DNA of 64,000 nt, from assembly GCA_964035575.1 (NCBI GenBank), contig OZ037838.1, forward strand, positions 1,674,001 to 1,738,000, written 5' to 3'. This stretch comes from Rhynchopus sp. YZ270_cl-10 (Eukaryota). A program made the position numbers and the translations under genes. The notes under the pieces are model-generated. The model had not been told where the DNA came from. It saw only the letters and a list, made by a program, of their open reading frames with translations, and made no database searches. Shown piece after piece: positions 47,532 to 60,633 of this stretch; position 1 is the stretch's first letter, and every line of letters starts with the position of its first letter.

Positions 47532-49421
47532 TGTTTTGCTTTGTAAAGACCACCCCTTTGCTTTGCGACGTTGCCCTGTGGGGCGGCTTCATGGGGAGGG
47601 AATGAGTGTCATCTTTTCTTCGTTAGAGGTCAATTTGAAAAAAGCTTTTTTTTTCCTGGGTTTTTCTGGAGGACGTCCCGACGCGCAGACGACACGTTTG
47701 TTTTCGCTTACTCTTTTTGCACCAAAATCGATTGAACAAGATAAAACAATAAGCTCGCGTTTCTTTTATTGTACAGATTTTTATTCTCCGCCCCAAATCA
47801 AAAAGCTTTGTGCGAAACGTTTCTCCATGTATTGCACGGGAAACAATATGACAAACAGGTGCAGGGTGGTTCCGTGCTTATATTAAAGCCTGTCACCTTG
47901 TGTGTCTCCCAAAAGCCAAAAAGCGTTGTGTGTTAAGTTTTGAAGGAAGGAAAAATAAAATGGACAAAACAAAGGTCCTTCAAGGATTACAATTTACATC
48001 CCTTACTCTTCATATTTTAGCGAGCTACTCGTTTCCGTTGCTTCGTTCACCACCCATTCCAGAGTGCAATTCTTTAAATTAACAAAATACTTATATTAAT
48101 GCGTCACAAACCGCAACAGCAGAAGAGAGATGGTTTGGTTTGAGGAGAATCAAAGGAACAAAGAACCTAAGAACCAACCAGGCGGTTGGACGAGCTTCGA
48201 GGACCCTACAATCTCACAAACTGTTCGTTTGCAGTGTTTTTGTTGCACTGCAACAATGTGTGCTTTTTTGTATCTTAACGTGCTCGTGTTTTTTGTGTAG
48301 GTTGTTCACTGTGCATGTACCCAAATAATGTCAAATCTACAGCAAATCTCTTCAATGAGTGTGCACGTGAACTTCATTTTGTTTTTGTGTTTTGAAAGAC
48401 ATACTTTTATTGCAGCACGTTGCTGCTACCCATCCCTTCCATCTCAGACTCTTGGGTGAAGACTAACAATAAGACAAGGTCTTTTTGGGATTGTCTGTTT
48501 TGTTGAGGAATGGGAACTAACAACCAACCAGGCGGTTGCATGAGTGAGGATAAGGTGCGTCGCCGGCTGACGAGCGGTTGTGTACCGCCCTCGTTCTGTC
48601 GTAGGTGCACATTTCTCTGTTTTTCTTTTTTCAGACACATAAAAGCCCCAAAATTGTGTGCAGAACCAATCTCTCTGACATAGTGAGTGTCGACACTGCA
48701 ACAAACAAAACGACCCCCATCCCTCGTCCCCTCTTTCCACGTGTCCACCTTTGCTTTGCGACTATGACGAACGACGCTATTCGCTCATGGTAGTTCATTC
48801 GTGCTGTTGTGTGTGCAATTATTGTTTGTCTTTTGTATAGGATAGTGAAGGTAAGGTCGGACAGGCTTACCTGGCACACAGGGCTGCTCCCGTGAAGGAG
48901 GAGACAAGACAGTTGTCTGACCCTGATGTGTTGCTGTGTACTTTAACTCTAACCTTTTCACAGCTGAAGGAGGCCAGTTTGTTCACAACGCTTTCACTAT
49001 TGTTTCTTCGAGGTGGGGGATGTTGCTTTTGCTAACAAAATAACGACCCACAGGCCTCGTCGCCTTAATGGATTTTATTTGGAAACACGTAACAAATGCG
49101 GTCAGAAATAGAACCGCTTTCAAGGGTTTTTTAGCAAGGGAAAAAAAGGGAAACAACGGGTTTTTGAAGATTTGGAGTCCGCAATGGTAAAGGGTGGACC
49201 TTAGTTAAATGTTTTATATGCCTCCCCCTAGGCTAGGCGGGTGTGCTTTTTGTATCTAAACGTGCTCGTGTTTTTGTGCAGGTTGTTCACTGCAACAAAC
49301 AAAACGACCCTCGTCCCCTCTTTCCACGTGTCCACCTCCTCGAGGGAGGTCAAGAGTGTCTTCTACCCAAGATGCCACATCACAGTACATTAAACACAGA
49401 GGAATACGGATAAATATAACA

Positions 49422-50567
49422 ATGGATGTGACCTTTGTGCTGGAAGAGTCAGGCGTGACTGCGACAGTGGAGGTGCCGTGCGAGGCGGACGTTGCAGCGG
49501 CAAAGGAGGTTGCGTGCACGGCGCTTGCTGTCTCGCCTGCGTCTGTCGAGATGCGCATCGGCACGCAGGTGCTGGAGGGGACGTGCCGTCTGCAGGACAC
49601 TGCGTTTGATTCAGGGGTGCAGGTTGTGCTTGCCCGCCGCTTTGCCAACATCAAGTGTCCTGCTAAACACACTGCTGTACCAACGCGGGTGGGACACTTA
49701 TCGCTGTCGCGTTGTGGAACGCTCTGTGTCTTTTGCGAACATGACCAGCATGTTGGTGGCTTTGACACCGAAACCTTTGTCAATGTCTTCGAGTTCACAA
49801 TGGGTAATGTTCGGTTGCGTGTGCCTGCCATCTCTCCGTGCAAGACACGCTGCTACCTGGCGTGTGTGGATCACCTTCTCGAGGTTGCGCTTCCGGGTGG
49901 GGAGGTGCTCCGCGAAGTCGACGGCCCCTTCTCCTCAGTGTTCGCGCGTGGTGGTGTTGTGGCCTCGCAGGGCACAGACGGCGTCTCTGTGTATGACGAA
50001 GACCTGACGTTGCTCCGCTCTCTCTCGCATGAGGGGTGCACAGACATGGCAGTGTCTGACTGTGGTGGGTGGGTGATCACCTCCTGCGTCAGTGAGAAGA
50101 AGGCACGTCTGTGGGATGTGAACACAGGTGAAGCTGTGGCATGTGTGCCTGTGGATGGGAGGCGAGTGGCGATTTCACGGTCTGCCTCTGTCTTTGCTGT
50201 GGTGGAGAATATCGCCCTGCCGCACTATGATTGGACTGGGTGGGGAGTGAAAGTGCAGCTGTACGACTGGAGTGGTGCGTCTCTTGGCAGCTTTGATGAT
50301 TGTCCGGGCGATGGGGATGTATTCGTCCTTGGAATGCAATTCACCCCGGATGGGAAGTACCTTCTGGTCGATTTATACATGACACATGTCAATGGATCAG
50401 AACATTTGGTGCTGAAGCAGTATGATGTGGCAACCAAGGCCTGTGTACTTGCGATCCCGGACGTCGAGTGTGAGTCGTTTGCGATATCGCCATGTTCGCG
50501 TGTGGTTATATTTGGCGATGTCAAATCCATTGTGACGAGGTATATCTACCCATACAACAGTGAGTGA
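49422..50567 (+). CDS. Ubl-WD40 family protein (KHTAVPT subfamily)
   Basis: Intact ORF, family motifs. Confidence 0.9.
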   Translation: MDVTFVLEESGVTATVEVPCEADVAAAKEVACTALAVSPASVEMRIGTQVLEGTCRLQDTAFDSGVQVVLARRFANIKCPAKHTAVPTRVGHLSLSRCGTLCVFCEHDQHVGGFDTETFVNVFEFTMGNVRLRVPAISPCKTRCYLACVDHLLEVALPGGEVLREVDGPFSSVFARGGVVASQGTDGVSVYDEDLTLLRSLSHEGCTDMAVSDCGGWVITSCVSEKKARLWDVNTGEAVACVPVDGRRVAISRSASVFAVVENIALPHYDWTGWGVKVQLYDWSGASLGSFDDCPGDGDVFVLGMQFTPDGKYLLVDLYMTHVNGSEHLVLKQYDVATKACVLAIPDVECESFAISPCSRVVIFGDVKSIVTRYIYPYNSE

Positions 50568-51099
50568 TGTTTTGCTTTGTAAAGACCACCCCTTTGCTTT
50601 GCGACGTTGCCCTGTGGGGCGGCTTCATGGGGAGGGAATGAGTGTCATCTTTTCTTCGTTAGAGGTCAATTTGAAAAAAGCTTTTTTTTTCCTGTGAGGA
50701 GAAAACCAAAACGGAAATGAAGCTTGCGAAATGAGAGTGGAGGTTTTTTCGTAATGTTTTATTCTCCCCATTACCACCACTTCGCAGAAAAAACCCATTT
50801 TTCGTTCGCGAGTTTGTTTTGCGTCTTCCGCAATTTACAAACTTTTTTTCCCACCCACCCTCCAACAAAAAAGTTTTATCAAAGTTTCAAAAAGAAATAA
50901 GAAGGAACGTGTGCTGAATGACTATCCGAGACACCACCCCTGGATCAGACATCCTTGTTATGAGTACCTGGGAGCCCTCTTGAGGGTGAGGCACCACCCT
51001 TGGATCTGTTATCTGGGTTATGAGTACCTTGGGTCTGTTATTACTGGCATGAGTACACCTTCGGTTTTTTCTCTCTCTCCCCATTTTTACTCTCGCATA

Positions 51100-51500
51100 T
51101 TCTGTGCTTGCGGAGCCCTCTTGATGGGTGATGCAGACCAACCTTGGTTTGGTTTTTCCTTGGCATGAGCACAGGGTATGGTACGCTTGCGGAACCCTCT
51201 TGATGGGCGATGCAGACCAACCTTGGTTTGGTTTTTCCTTGGCATGAGTGTACATTGTGAGTCTTTTATGCTTTTTCGTTTCCCCCCTCATACTGGTTTT
51301 TTTTTTACATATTTTTCTCCCTCTTCTTTCTTTTTACTCTCACATATTCTGTGCTTGCGGAGCCCTCTTGATGGGTGATGCAGACCAACCTTGGCTTGGT
51401 TTTTCCTTGGCATGAGCACAGGGTATGGTACGCTTGCGGAACCCTCTTGATGGGCGATGCAAACCAACCTTGGTTTGGTTTTTTCCTTGGCATGAGTGTA
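51100..51500. repeat. Four copies of an ~60-80-bp unit
   Basis: cttgcgga(g/a)ccctcttgatggg(t/c)gatgcagaccaaccttggtttggtttttccttggcatgag as two dimers. Confidence 0.75.
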
Positions 51501-53876
51501 CACATTGAGTCTTTTTAAGGTACTTTTCTTCAAAAATTAATAAATAAAAATCCTGTGTGACTCCCGGTATCACTTGTGATACAGTTTTCATGGATCGACA
51601 TGAAAAGGGAGCACGCAGGTGGTTCCGTGCTGGTCTTTCCACAGAACCGACACGTAGGGCGTGTCTCCCAAACAACAAAAAAGTAAATGAATAAAAAAGG
51701 TTGAAAGCAAAAAGGAAGAACAAAACAATGTGGTTTACAAAGGGGACTATAAAATGGGTTTTTCTGGGGGACGTCCCGACGCGCAGACGACACGTTTTTT
51801 TTTCGCTTACTCATTTTGCACCAAAATCGATTGAACAAGATAAAACAATAAGCTCGCGTTTCTTTTATTGTACAGATTTTTATTCTCCGCCCCGTACCCG
51901 AAACGTAAACACCACTTTGAATCAGAACAAATATTTTCCTCTCCTTTTTTCTTCCACACGCGCTGGTTTTTGTGTTCACTAATTTTTATCAAAAAGCTTT
52001 GTGCGAAACGTTTCTCCATGTATTGCACGGGAATCAATATGACAAACAGGTGCAGGGTGGTTCCGTGCTTATATTAAAGCCTGTCACCTTGTGTGTCTCC
52101 CAAAAGCCAAAAAGCGTTGTGTGTTAAGTTTTGAAGGAAGGAAAAATAAAATGGACAAAACAAAGGTCCTTCAAGGATTACAATTTACATCCCTTACTCT
52201 TCATATTTTAGCGAGCTACTCGTTTCCGTTGCTTCGTTCACCACCCATTCCAGAGTGCAATTCTTTCAATTAACAAAGTACTTATATTACTGCGTCACAA
52301 ACCGCAACAGCAGAAGAGAGATGGTTTGGTGTGAGGAGAATCAAAGGAACAAAGAACCTAAGAACCAACCAGGCGGTTGGACGAGCTTCGAGGACCCTAC
52401 AATCTCACAAACTGTTCGTTTGCAGTGTTTTTGTTGCACCACAATGTGTGCTTTTTTGTATATTAACGTGCTCGTGTTTTTTGTGTAGGTTGTTCACTGT
52501 GCATGTACCCAAATAATGTCAAATCTACAGCAAATCTCTTCAATGAGTGTGCACGTGAACTTCATTTTATTTTTGTGTTTTGAAAGACATACTTTTATTG
52601 CAGCACGTTGCTGCTACCCATCCCTTCCATCTCAGACTCTTGGGTGAAGACTAACAATAAGACAAGGTCTTTTTGGGATTGTCTGTTTTGTTGAGGATGG
52701 TAACTACAACCCAACCAGGCGGTTGCATGAGTGAGGAGAAGGTGCGCCGCCGGCTGACGAGCGGTTGTGTACCGCCCTCGTTCTGTCGGGTAGGTCTACT
52801 TATGTTTCCTTTTACATCTTCTGTTGTTGGTAGTAGCGTACTTGTCTTTCATCCAGCTGGCATGGTACGTGGGTCAGCGGGAGGTACTGCACCAATAGCT
52901 GCACTTTGTTTTCCTTGCAGGATTTGTGTTGTTTTTGTTTTGTCTTTTGCCGCAGAGCATGACCTCTCCCACCCTATCACTGTGCGGGGCAATATGTGAA
53001 TTACGTTCCCTGTCGTAGGTGCACATTTCTCTGTTTTTCTTTTTTCAGACACAAAAAAGCCCCAAAATTGTGTGCAGAACCAATCTCTCTGACATAGTGA
53101 GTGTCGACACTGCAACAAACAAAACGACCCCCATCCCTCGTCCCCTCTTTCCACGTGTCCACCTTTGCTTTGCGACTATGACGAACGACGCTATTCGCTC
53201 ATGGTAGCTCATTCGTGCTGTCGTGTGTGCAATTATTGTTTGTCTTTTGTATAGGATAGTGAAGGTAAGGTCGGACAGGCTTACCTGGCACACAGGGCTA
53301 CTCCCGTGAAGGAGGAGACAAGACAGTCGTCTGACCCTGATGTGTTGCTGTGTACTTTAACTCTAACCTTTTCACAGCTGAAGGAGGCCAGTTTGTTCAC
53401 AACGCTTTCACTATTGTTTCTTCGAGGTGGGGGATGTTGCTTTTGCTAACAAAATAACGACCCACAGGCCTCGTCGCCTTAATGGATTTTATTTGGACCC
53501 ACGTAACAAGTGCGGTCACGGGAAACAACGGATTTTTAAAGATTTGGAGTTCACAATGTTAAAGGGTGGACCTTAGTTAAATGTTTTCTATGCCTCCCCC
53601 TAGCCTAGGCTAGGCGGGTGTGCTTTTTGTATCTAAACGTGCTCGTGTTTTTGTGTAAAATACCAACCAGGCGGTTGGATGAGTTCAACTGACAGTCAAT
53701 TTTGCCACCAATCTCTCTGACATAGTGAGTGTCGACACTGCAACAAACAAAACGACCCCCATCCCTCGTCCCCTCTTTCCACGTGTCCACCTCCTCGAGG
53801 GAGGTCAAGAGTGTCTTCTACCCAAGATGCCACATCACAGTACATTAAACACAGAGGAATACGGATAAATAAAACA

Positions 53877-55019
53877 ATGGATGTGACCTTTGTGCTGGAA
53901 GAGTCAGGCGTGACTGCGACAGTGGAGGTGCCGTGCGAGGCGGACGTTGCAGCGGCAAAGGAGGTTGCGTGCACGGCGCTTGCTGTCTCGCCTGCGTCTG
54001 TCGAGATGCGCATCGGCACGCAGGTGCTGGAGGGGACGTGCCGTCTGCAGGACACTGCGTTTGGTGCAGGGGTGCAGGTTGTGCTTGCCCGTCGCTTTGC
54101 CAGCATCAAGTGTCCTGCTGAGTTCAGTCTGCCGTTGCGTCACTTGCGTAAATTATGTAACTTCTCGTTGTCCCCTTGTGGAACGCTCTGCCTCTATTAC
54201 TACTCGGAGTCTGCCGGTTGCAATATTTCCGTAGTCGGCTTTGACACAGAAACCTTCGTGACTGCCTTCAAGTTTGGAGTCGCATTTGGTGCGCTTGGTC
54301 CGCCTGCCATCTCACGGTGCAAGACACGCTGCTACCTGGCGTGTCAGGATTGGCTTCTCGAGGTTGCACTTCCGGGTGGGGAGGTGCTCCGCAAAGTCGA
54401 AAGCCTCTCGACGCGAGTGTTTGCGTGTGGTGGTGTTGTTGTCTCGGAGAGCCACAAGAGCGTCTCTGTGTATGACGAAGACCTGACGTTGCTCCGCTCT
54501 CTCTCGCAGAAATTGTGTTTTGGAGTTGCAGTATCTGACTGTGGTGGGTGGGTGATCACCTCCTCCTGGGAGGAGAAGAACGCACGTCTGTGGGATGTGA
54601 ACACAGGTGAAGCTGTGGCATGTGTGCCTGCGGATGGGGGTGCAGTGGCGATTTCACGGTCTGTCTCTGTCTTTGCTGCGGTGTGCTACGGCAAAGCGCA
54701 GCTGTATGACTGGAGTGGTGCGGCTCTTGGCTGCTTTGTAAATGGGCAGTTGGAGTCTCGCGTCTTTGCCGTGCAGTTCACTCCGTGTGGGAAGTACGTC
54801 GTTGTTGGGTTTGTGAGTGGTGACTTTGAAGTGTGTTCTGAAGAGTGCACCCTACACCAGTATGATGTGGCGACCATGTCCTGTGTGCGTGTGATACGAA
54901 CTGCCGACGAAGCGTTTGCGATATCGCCGTGTTCACGTGTGATTTTGTTTGACTCAGGAGACAGTGACGACCTTGTGTCACAGCATCTGTACCCGCACTT
55001 TTTGAGGGATGTTTCGTAA
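53877..55019 (+). CDS. Ubl-WD40 family protein
   Basis: Intact ORF, family motifs. Confidence 0.9.
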   Translation: MDVTFVLEESGVTATVEVPCEADVAAAKEVACTALAVSPASVEMRIGTQVLEGTCRLQDTAFGAGVQVVLARRFASIKCPAEFSLPLRHLRKLCNFSLSPCGTLCLYYYSESAGCNISVVGFDTETFVTAFKFGVAFGALGPPAISRCKTRCYLACQDWLLEVALPGGEVLRKVESLSTRVFACGGVVVSESHKSVSVYDEDLTLLRSLSQKLCFGVAVSDCGGWVITSSWEEKNARLWDVNTGEAVACVPADGGAVAISRSVSVFAAVCYGKAQLYDWSGAALGCFVNGQLESRVFAVQFTPCGKYVVVGFVSGDFEVCSEECTLHQYDVATMSCVRVIRTADEAFAISPCSRVILFDSGDSDDLVSQHLYPHFLRDVS

Positions 55020-55827
55020 ACAGACAAGAAAATTTAACACCGTGCTCCTATTTTTCCTTTTTTTGTTCCCCAACCCCTGAGAACAATTAAGCAATAAAAC
55101 AATAAAAGCCCGAGTCACTTACTTCGCACAAGGAGTTGCTCCCTTGTGTTCCAATTATACCCGTTTCGTTGACTGACGAGCGGTTGGGGGAGTAGGACAT
55201 CGCAACGTAGACCGCGAAATGGAAGTAAGCTGGGGGGTGGGCGTGGCGTGAATATATTCTATTGCGACACGTGATTTTTCCAAGTTTTCAATAAAACAGT
55301 ACATATTGGGGTCTCCCCATATATGGGGAGACCCCAATCCGAGACCCCATATATGGAAATATTGGGGGCCCAAATATCAGCCCCCTATGGGCGTTTTTCA
55401 TCAAATATGGGGGATTTCCTAGAGGAATATGGGGGATATATGGGGGATTTGTATTGTATTTCACAAGAGTAACTTTGTAAGTCGACCAAGAGGATATTCC
55501 CCATATTTCCCCATATTGGGAAAATGGGGGAAATAGTCCCCCATATCTCCCCCATATTTTAGGGCCTCCCAGTATGGCCAGAATCATCTATTAAATGATT
55601 TGGGGCATTTTGGGGTTTTACCAGATAGTGTGTCCTGTTCCCTTTTTGTACAAATGGCCTCGTTTCCAGTGGTACCAATGTGCCTCTGTTGTGTGGCCGC
55701 AGCATACATGCTTAACCCTTTCAGCTCATTCAACTGTCCGCCCAGTGGAACAGTACATTGCATTACACCAACACTTGAAACAATGAAACCATCTGAATAA
55801 GATAAAACAATAGGGAAAATGACTATA

Positions 55828-57746
55828 ACACCCACGTTACTAATACCCATTTACGATAATACCCACTGGGTATTATCGTAAACTTTTTGGGTATTATCGT
55901 AAAGTTTTTGGGTATTATCGTAAACTTTTTGGGTATTACCCAGGTACCCAGGTACGATGTGATTTAGCTGGCTACTCGCGCAAGGTATCAGAGGCGCTCG
56001 CACGCTGGTGAATGTGCAGACAAGGTATGGTTTCATCGACCCCAGAGAAAATACAATTTTCACTAAATATATGGGGGGGGGGGGGGGGGGGGGTTTTTTT
56101 ACACAACTTTTTGCATCCCTGTCTTACATCCTCAAATTCAGGGTAACCATTTTTCTTGACAATTAACAATTAATCTTTCTCCAAGCGACATAACTTAATT
56201 ACACCCACATTTACACTCATCACAGGATCGCGAAATCTGAACTGCATCAGCGATTGCGCTTCTCCGTCTCCGACATTCTACACCTCAACATACGAAGACC
56301 TGGGTGGGAACATTTAGTCAGTCACTGCTATAGCCATTAACCCAGGGAGCATAGCTAGTGCAAGAAATTCGACTTTGGCAACCTTCCGGAAAGTCTGTCC
56401 TCTGCTCGCGGAGGACTAGACACAAGAAAATATTGCGTTCCCCCAGAAAACCAGTGCACATTTCACACTCCTTGTGGGTGGTCTTGTTGCCTTTTCGTCA
56501 TAGTAATTTTGGCCCAGGCATGTTCTTGAAGCATGACAATTTAGTGTGTATGGGGCAGGGTGTTGTTTTGTTCTGAATTCTCTTTGTTATAACATCTAAG
56601 TCAATCGCGGGTGGTGGTTTGTGTAGCGTGAGGCACTCTTTTTGGCAAACTTCCTGCGGCTGCTAAAGTGTTATTTCTTCGGATTTAACAACGTACAGCG
56701 TAACATAGTGGTTTCGCCTGGTCGACACAACCTTTGATAGATATGGGATAACCAACCCCCTTCGACCCCTTGTGGGTTCACTGAACAAGCCCTAGTGGTA
56801 GTTAAACGCGATTGACATTTACATTCCTAGAGATGAAAGAACAAGACAACACTTCTGTACCCGCGCAGCAAAATTGTGGAAAACTTTGCACCCCAAACAC
56901 CCTCAACAACGCCCGCCAAAAGGCGCCCCTTGTTGCTGGGAGTTGGTTCTCATGATACCTGCACAGCGGGCATTCCTCTGAGTCCAACGCATGTTTGGCC
57001 TGTCTGCGGCGTTGTACTTCAGGTGCACGAAGACAGGGTCTGGTGGTAAATTTTGCGTAGTACTGCGACGTGGTACTGCGTGGGTCTGGGAACATGGGTA
57101 CCTGGGTACAGGATATTGGTTGTGTAAGACATCTTCCACCATGCATTGAGGAGGGTAAGACAGTGTTCGCAGTTTCTACCTGATAGCATTACAACATTTA
57201 ACTTCTCCACGGGGGTCTTGGGCCGTTCACTCGGTTCTACCTTGACTACCGGAAGATATTCTTGAGGCCTTTTTGGTCTCTAGAATATCCGGTCTTCCCG
57301 AACGGAGGCACACTTTGTGTGTTACTACGACCTGGCAATTTCCAGCAGTAGGTTAAGTAATCTTTCTTGTAAATTGTTGGATCATTATCTCCTCAGTGCA
57401 TGAATGCCCCATGTGACTGGACACTTTTGTGTTTGTCATGTGGAGCTGTGGTTGCTCTTTCACGACTTTTTTCCTGTTCCTGGGTACCTGGGTACCTGGG
57501 TACCTGGGCACCTGGGTACCTGGGTACCTGGGTACCTGGGTACCTGGGTGCCTGGGTGCCTGGGTACTACCCAACCTGGGTAATACCCAAAAAGTTTACG
57601 ATAATACCCAAAAAGTTTACGATAATACCCAAAACTAATACCCAAAAAGTTTACGATAATACCCAAAAAGTTTACGATAATACCCAAAAAGTTTACGATA
57701 ATACCCAGTGGGTATTATCGTAAATGGGTATTAGTAACGTGGGTGT
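55828..57746. mobile_element. Non-autonomous TIR element with subterminal ~21-bp repeats and (GGGTACCT)n array
   Basis: acacccacgttactaatacccatttacgataatacccactgggtattatcgtaaac inverted at both ends, flanked by TA; gggtattatcgtaaacttttt repeats; (gggtacct)n at 57479-57567. Confidence 0.8.
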
Positions 57747-58071
57747 TATGATAATTACCCCAAAACAATAAGCTCGCGTTTCTTTTATCGAACAGATTTT
57801 ATTCTCCGCCCCGTACCCAAAACGTAAACACCACTTTGAATCCCTAGTTTCGAGTGCGAAAACGTTTCTCCATGTATTGCACGGGAAACAATATGACAAT
57901 CAGGTGCAGGGTAATTCCGTTCATATCATAGAACCTGGCACCTTGTGTGTCCCCCAAAAACCAAAAGCGTTGGTGTGTAGTTTTGAAGGAATGAAAAATA
58001 AAAACACACACACAAAACAGCCCACACCTCATCTCCTCCCAACAGAGGTGGAACAAGAAGAAGACAAAACA

Positions 58072-59215
58072 ATGGATGTGACCTTTGTGCTGGAAGAGTC
58101 AGGCGTGACTGCGACAGTGGAGGTGCCGTGCGAGGCGAACGTTGCAGCGGCAAAGGAGGTTGCGTGCACGGCGCTTGCTGTCGCCTGCGTCTGTCGAGAT
58201 GCGCATCGGCACGCAGGTGCTGGAGGGGACGTGCCGTCTGCAGGACACTGCGTTTGGTGCAGGGGTGCAGGTTGTGCTTTCCCGTCGCTTTGCTGACATC
58301 AAGTGTCCTGCTGAGTACTGTGTGCCGGATAGCTTGTCTTACTTCTCGTTGTCTCCTTGTGGAACGCTCTGTGTCTATTTCCACTCGGGGGATTCCAATG
58401 CCGATAACTTCACTGCCGTCGTCGGCTTTGACACAGAATCCTTCGAGACTGCCTTCAAGTTTGAAGTCGAATTTTGGGTGCGTGGTCCGCCTGCCATCTC
58501 ACGGTGCAAGACACACTGCTACATGGCGTTCAGGCGTTGTCTTGCCAAGGTTGCGCTTCCGGGTGGGGAGGTGGTCCGCAAAGTCGACGGCCTCTCGACG
58601 TGGGTGTTTGCGTGTGGTGGTGTTGTTGTCTCCCAAAGCAAAGACGGGGTCTCTGTGTATGACGAAGACCTGACGTTGCTCCGCACTCTCTCGCACGAAG
58701 GCTGCAGGGAGGTGGCAGTGTCTGACTGTGGTGGGTGGGTGATCACCTCCTCCAACACTGAGCAGAACGCACGTCTGTGGGATGTGAACACGGGTGAAGC
58801 TGTGGCATGTGTGCCTGCGGATGGGAGGCGAGTGGCGCTTTCACGGTCTGCCTCTGTCTTTGCTGTGGATTGCTCTGACAAAGTGCATCTCTATGACTGG
58901 AGTGGTGCGGCTCTTGGCAGCTTCGATAAAGGGCAGTTTCGCATCACCTACATGCGCTTCACTCCATGTGGGACGTACGTCGTTGTTGGGTTTGTGAGTG
59001 GTGACTTTGCGTGGGATTCTGAAGAGTGCACCCTGCACCAGTATGATGTGGCGACCATGTCCTGTGTGCGTGTGATACCAAATGCCTACGAAGCCTTTGC
59101 GATATCGCCATGTTCACGTGTCGTTTTGTTTGAGTCAGGAGAAAGTGACGACCTTGTGTCACAGCATCTGTACCCCTACTTGAGTGATGTTTCGGATGTA
59201 AACAGAGAAGAGTAG
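58072..59215 (+). pseudogene. Ubl-WD40 family member, frameshifted in the Ubl domain
   Basis: 2-nt deletion at ~58181 (gctgtcgcctgcg vs gctgtctcgcctgcg in other copies). Confidence 0.8.
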
Positions 59216-59538
59216 CCCTGATGAGCACAACAGCGTGCAGCTCTATGATTGTAGCAGTGCGGCTCTTAGCAGCTTTTAGTAAGCATGGGCATGTCAGTGT
59301 GTTGCTATCGTGCGTTGCATCAGTATTTGCGTTGCACCCTCGACCTACTAGCCTGTGAGGGAATTCATTTTGAGACATTTTGAGGATAACGACCACACCA
59401 CCCTTTACTTCTCTTTTTCGCTTTTGCTTTGTTAAAACCCTCTTCTGTTGGTAGAAACTACAGACACAACGAACCACAACAAAACAACCCACACCTCATC
59501 TCCTCCCAACAGAGGTGGAACAAGAAGAAGACAAAACA

Positions 59539-60633
59539 ATGGATGTGACCTTTGTGCTGGAAGAGTCAGGCGTGACTGCGACAGTGGAGGTGCCGTGCGA
59601 GGCGGACGTTGCAGCGGCAAAGGAGGTTGCGTGCACGGCGCTTGCTGTCTCGCCTGCGTCTGTCGAGATGCGCATCGGCACGCAGGTGCTGGAGGGGACG
59701 TGCCGTCTGCAGGACACTGCGTTTCGTGCAGGGGTGCAGGTTGTGCTTGCTCGCCGCTTTGCCGACATCAAGTGTCCTACTGAGTACAACGTGCAGGAGG
59801 GAGTGAAGCACTTGTCGCTGTCGCGTTGTGGAACGCTCTGTCTCTCTTGTGATGAAAAGCATACTATTGGTGGCTTCGACACAGAAACCTTCGACACTAC
59901 CTTCGCTTTTAGTGTAAGTCAGCTTCGTTTCTGCGCTTCCCCTGCTATCTCGCAGTGCAAGACACGCTGCTACCTGGCGTGTGGGGAGGACTTCCGTGTG
60001 CTTGCGCTTCCGGGTGGGGAGGTGCTCCGCAAAGTCGACGGCTCCTCGCACTCAGTGTTCGCGTGTGGCGGTGTTGTTGTCTCCCGAGGCACAGACGGCG
60101 TCTCTGTGTATGACGAAGACCTGACGTTGCTCCGCTCTCTCTCGCATGAACGGTGCAGCGAGGTAGCAGTGTCGGACTGTGGTGGGTGGGTGATCGCCTC
60201 ATCCTTACTTGAAGAGAAGAAGGCACGTCTATGGGATGTGAACACAGGTGAAGCTGTGGCATGTGTGCCCGTGGCAGGGGGCAATGTGGCGCTTTCACGG
60301 TCTGCCTCTGTCTTTGCTGTAGAGGGCTCTGACAAAGTGCACCTCTATGATTGGAGTGGTGTGGCTATGGGCAGCTTTGCACAGGACTCAGGCACTTACT
60401 TCTGCGGCATGCAGTTCACCCCGTGTGGGAAGTGCCTTGTGATTAACAGTCTGGATGTTGCACAGGGCGGTGCCTGGTCCCTGCTTCAGTATGATCTGTC
60501 GAGCATGTCCTGCGTACGTGAGATACCGAACACCAAAGGTTCGCCCTTTGCGATATCGCCATGTTCGCGTGTGGTTGTGTTTGAAAACCAGTCTGGCAAC
60601 ACTATACTAACAAGACACCTGCACCCCTACTAG
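59539..60633 (+). CDS. Ubl-WD40 family protein
   Basis: Intact ORF, family motifs. Confidence 0.9.
   Translation: MDVTFVLEESGVTATVEVPCEADVAAAKEVACTALAVSPASVEMRIGTQVLEGTCRLQDTAFRAGVQVVLARRFADIKCPTEYNVQEGVKHLSLSRCGTLCLSCDEKHTIGGFDTETFDTTFAFSVSQLRFCASPAISQCKTRCYLACGEDFRVLALPGGEVLRKVDGSSHSVFACGGVVVSRGTDGVSVYDEDLTLLRSLSHERCSEVAVSDCGGWVIASSLLEEKKARLWDVNTGEAVACVPVAGGNVALSRSASVFAVEGSDKVHLYDWSGVAMGSFAQDSGTYFCGMQFTPCGKCLVINSLDVAQGGAWSLLQYDLSSMSCVREIPNTKGSPFAISPCSRVVVFENQSGNTILTRHLHPY

Noticed and set aside
56358..57350. Possible transposase inside the 55828-57746 element
   Set aside because: Only short interrupted ORFs with no recognisable DDE or other motif
55860..57720. CRISPR-like appearance of short repeats (also 14700-14886 and 51100-51500)
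   Set aside because: Repeats are contiguous or inverted with no unique spacers, no cas genes, eukaryotic context
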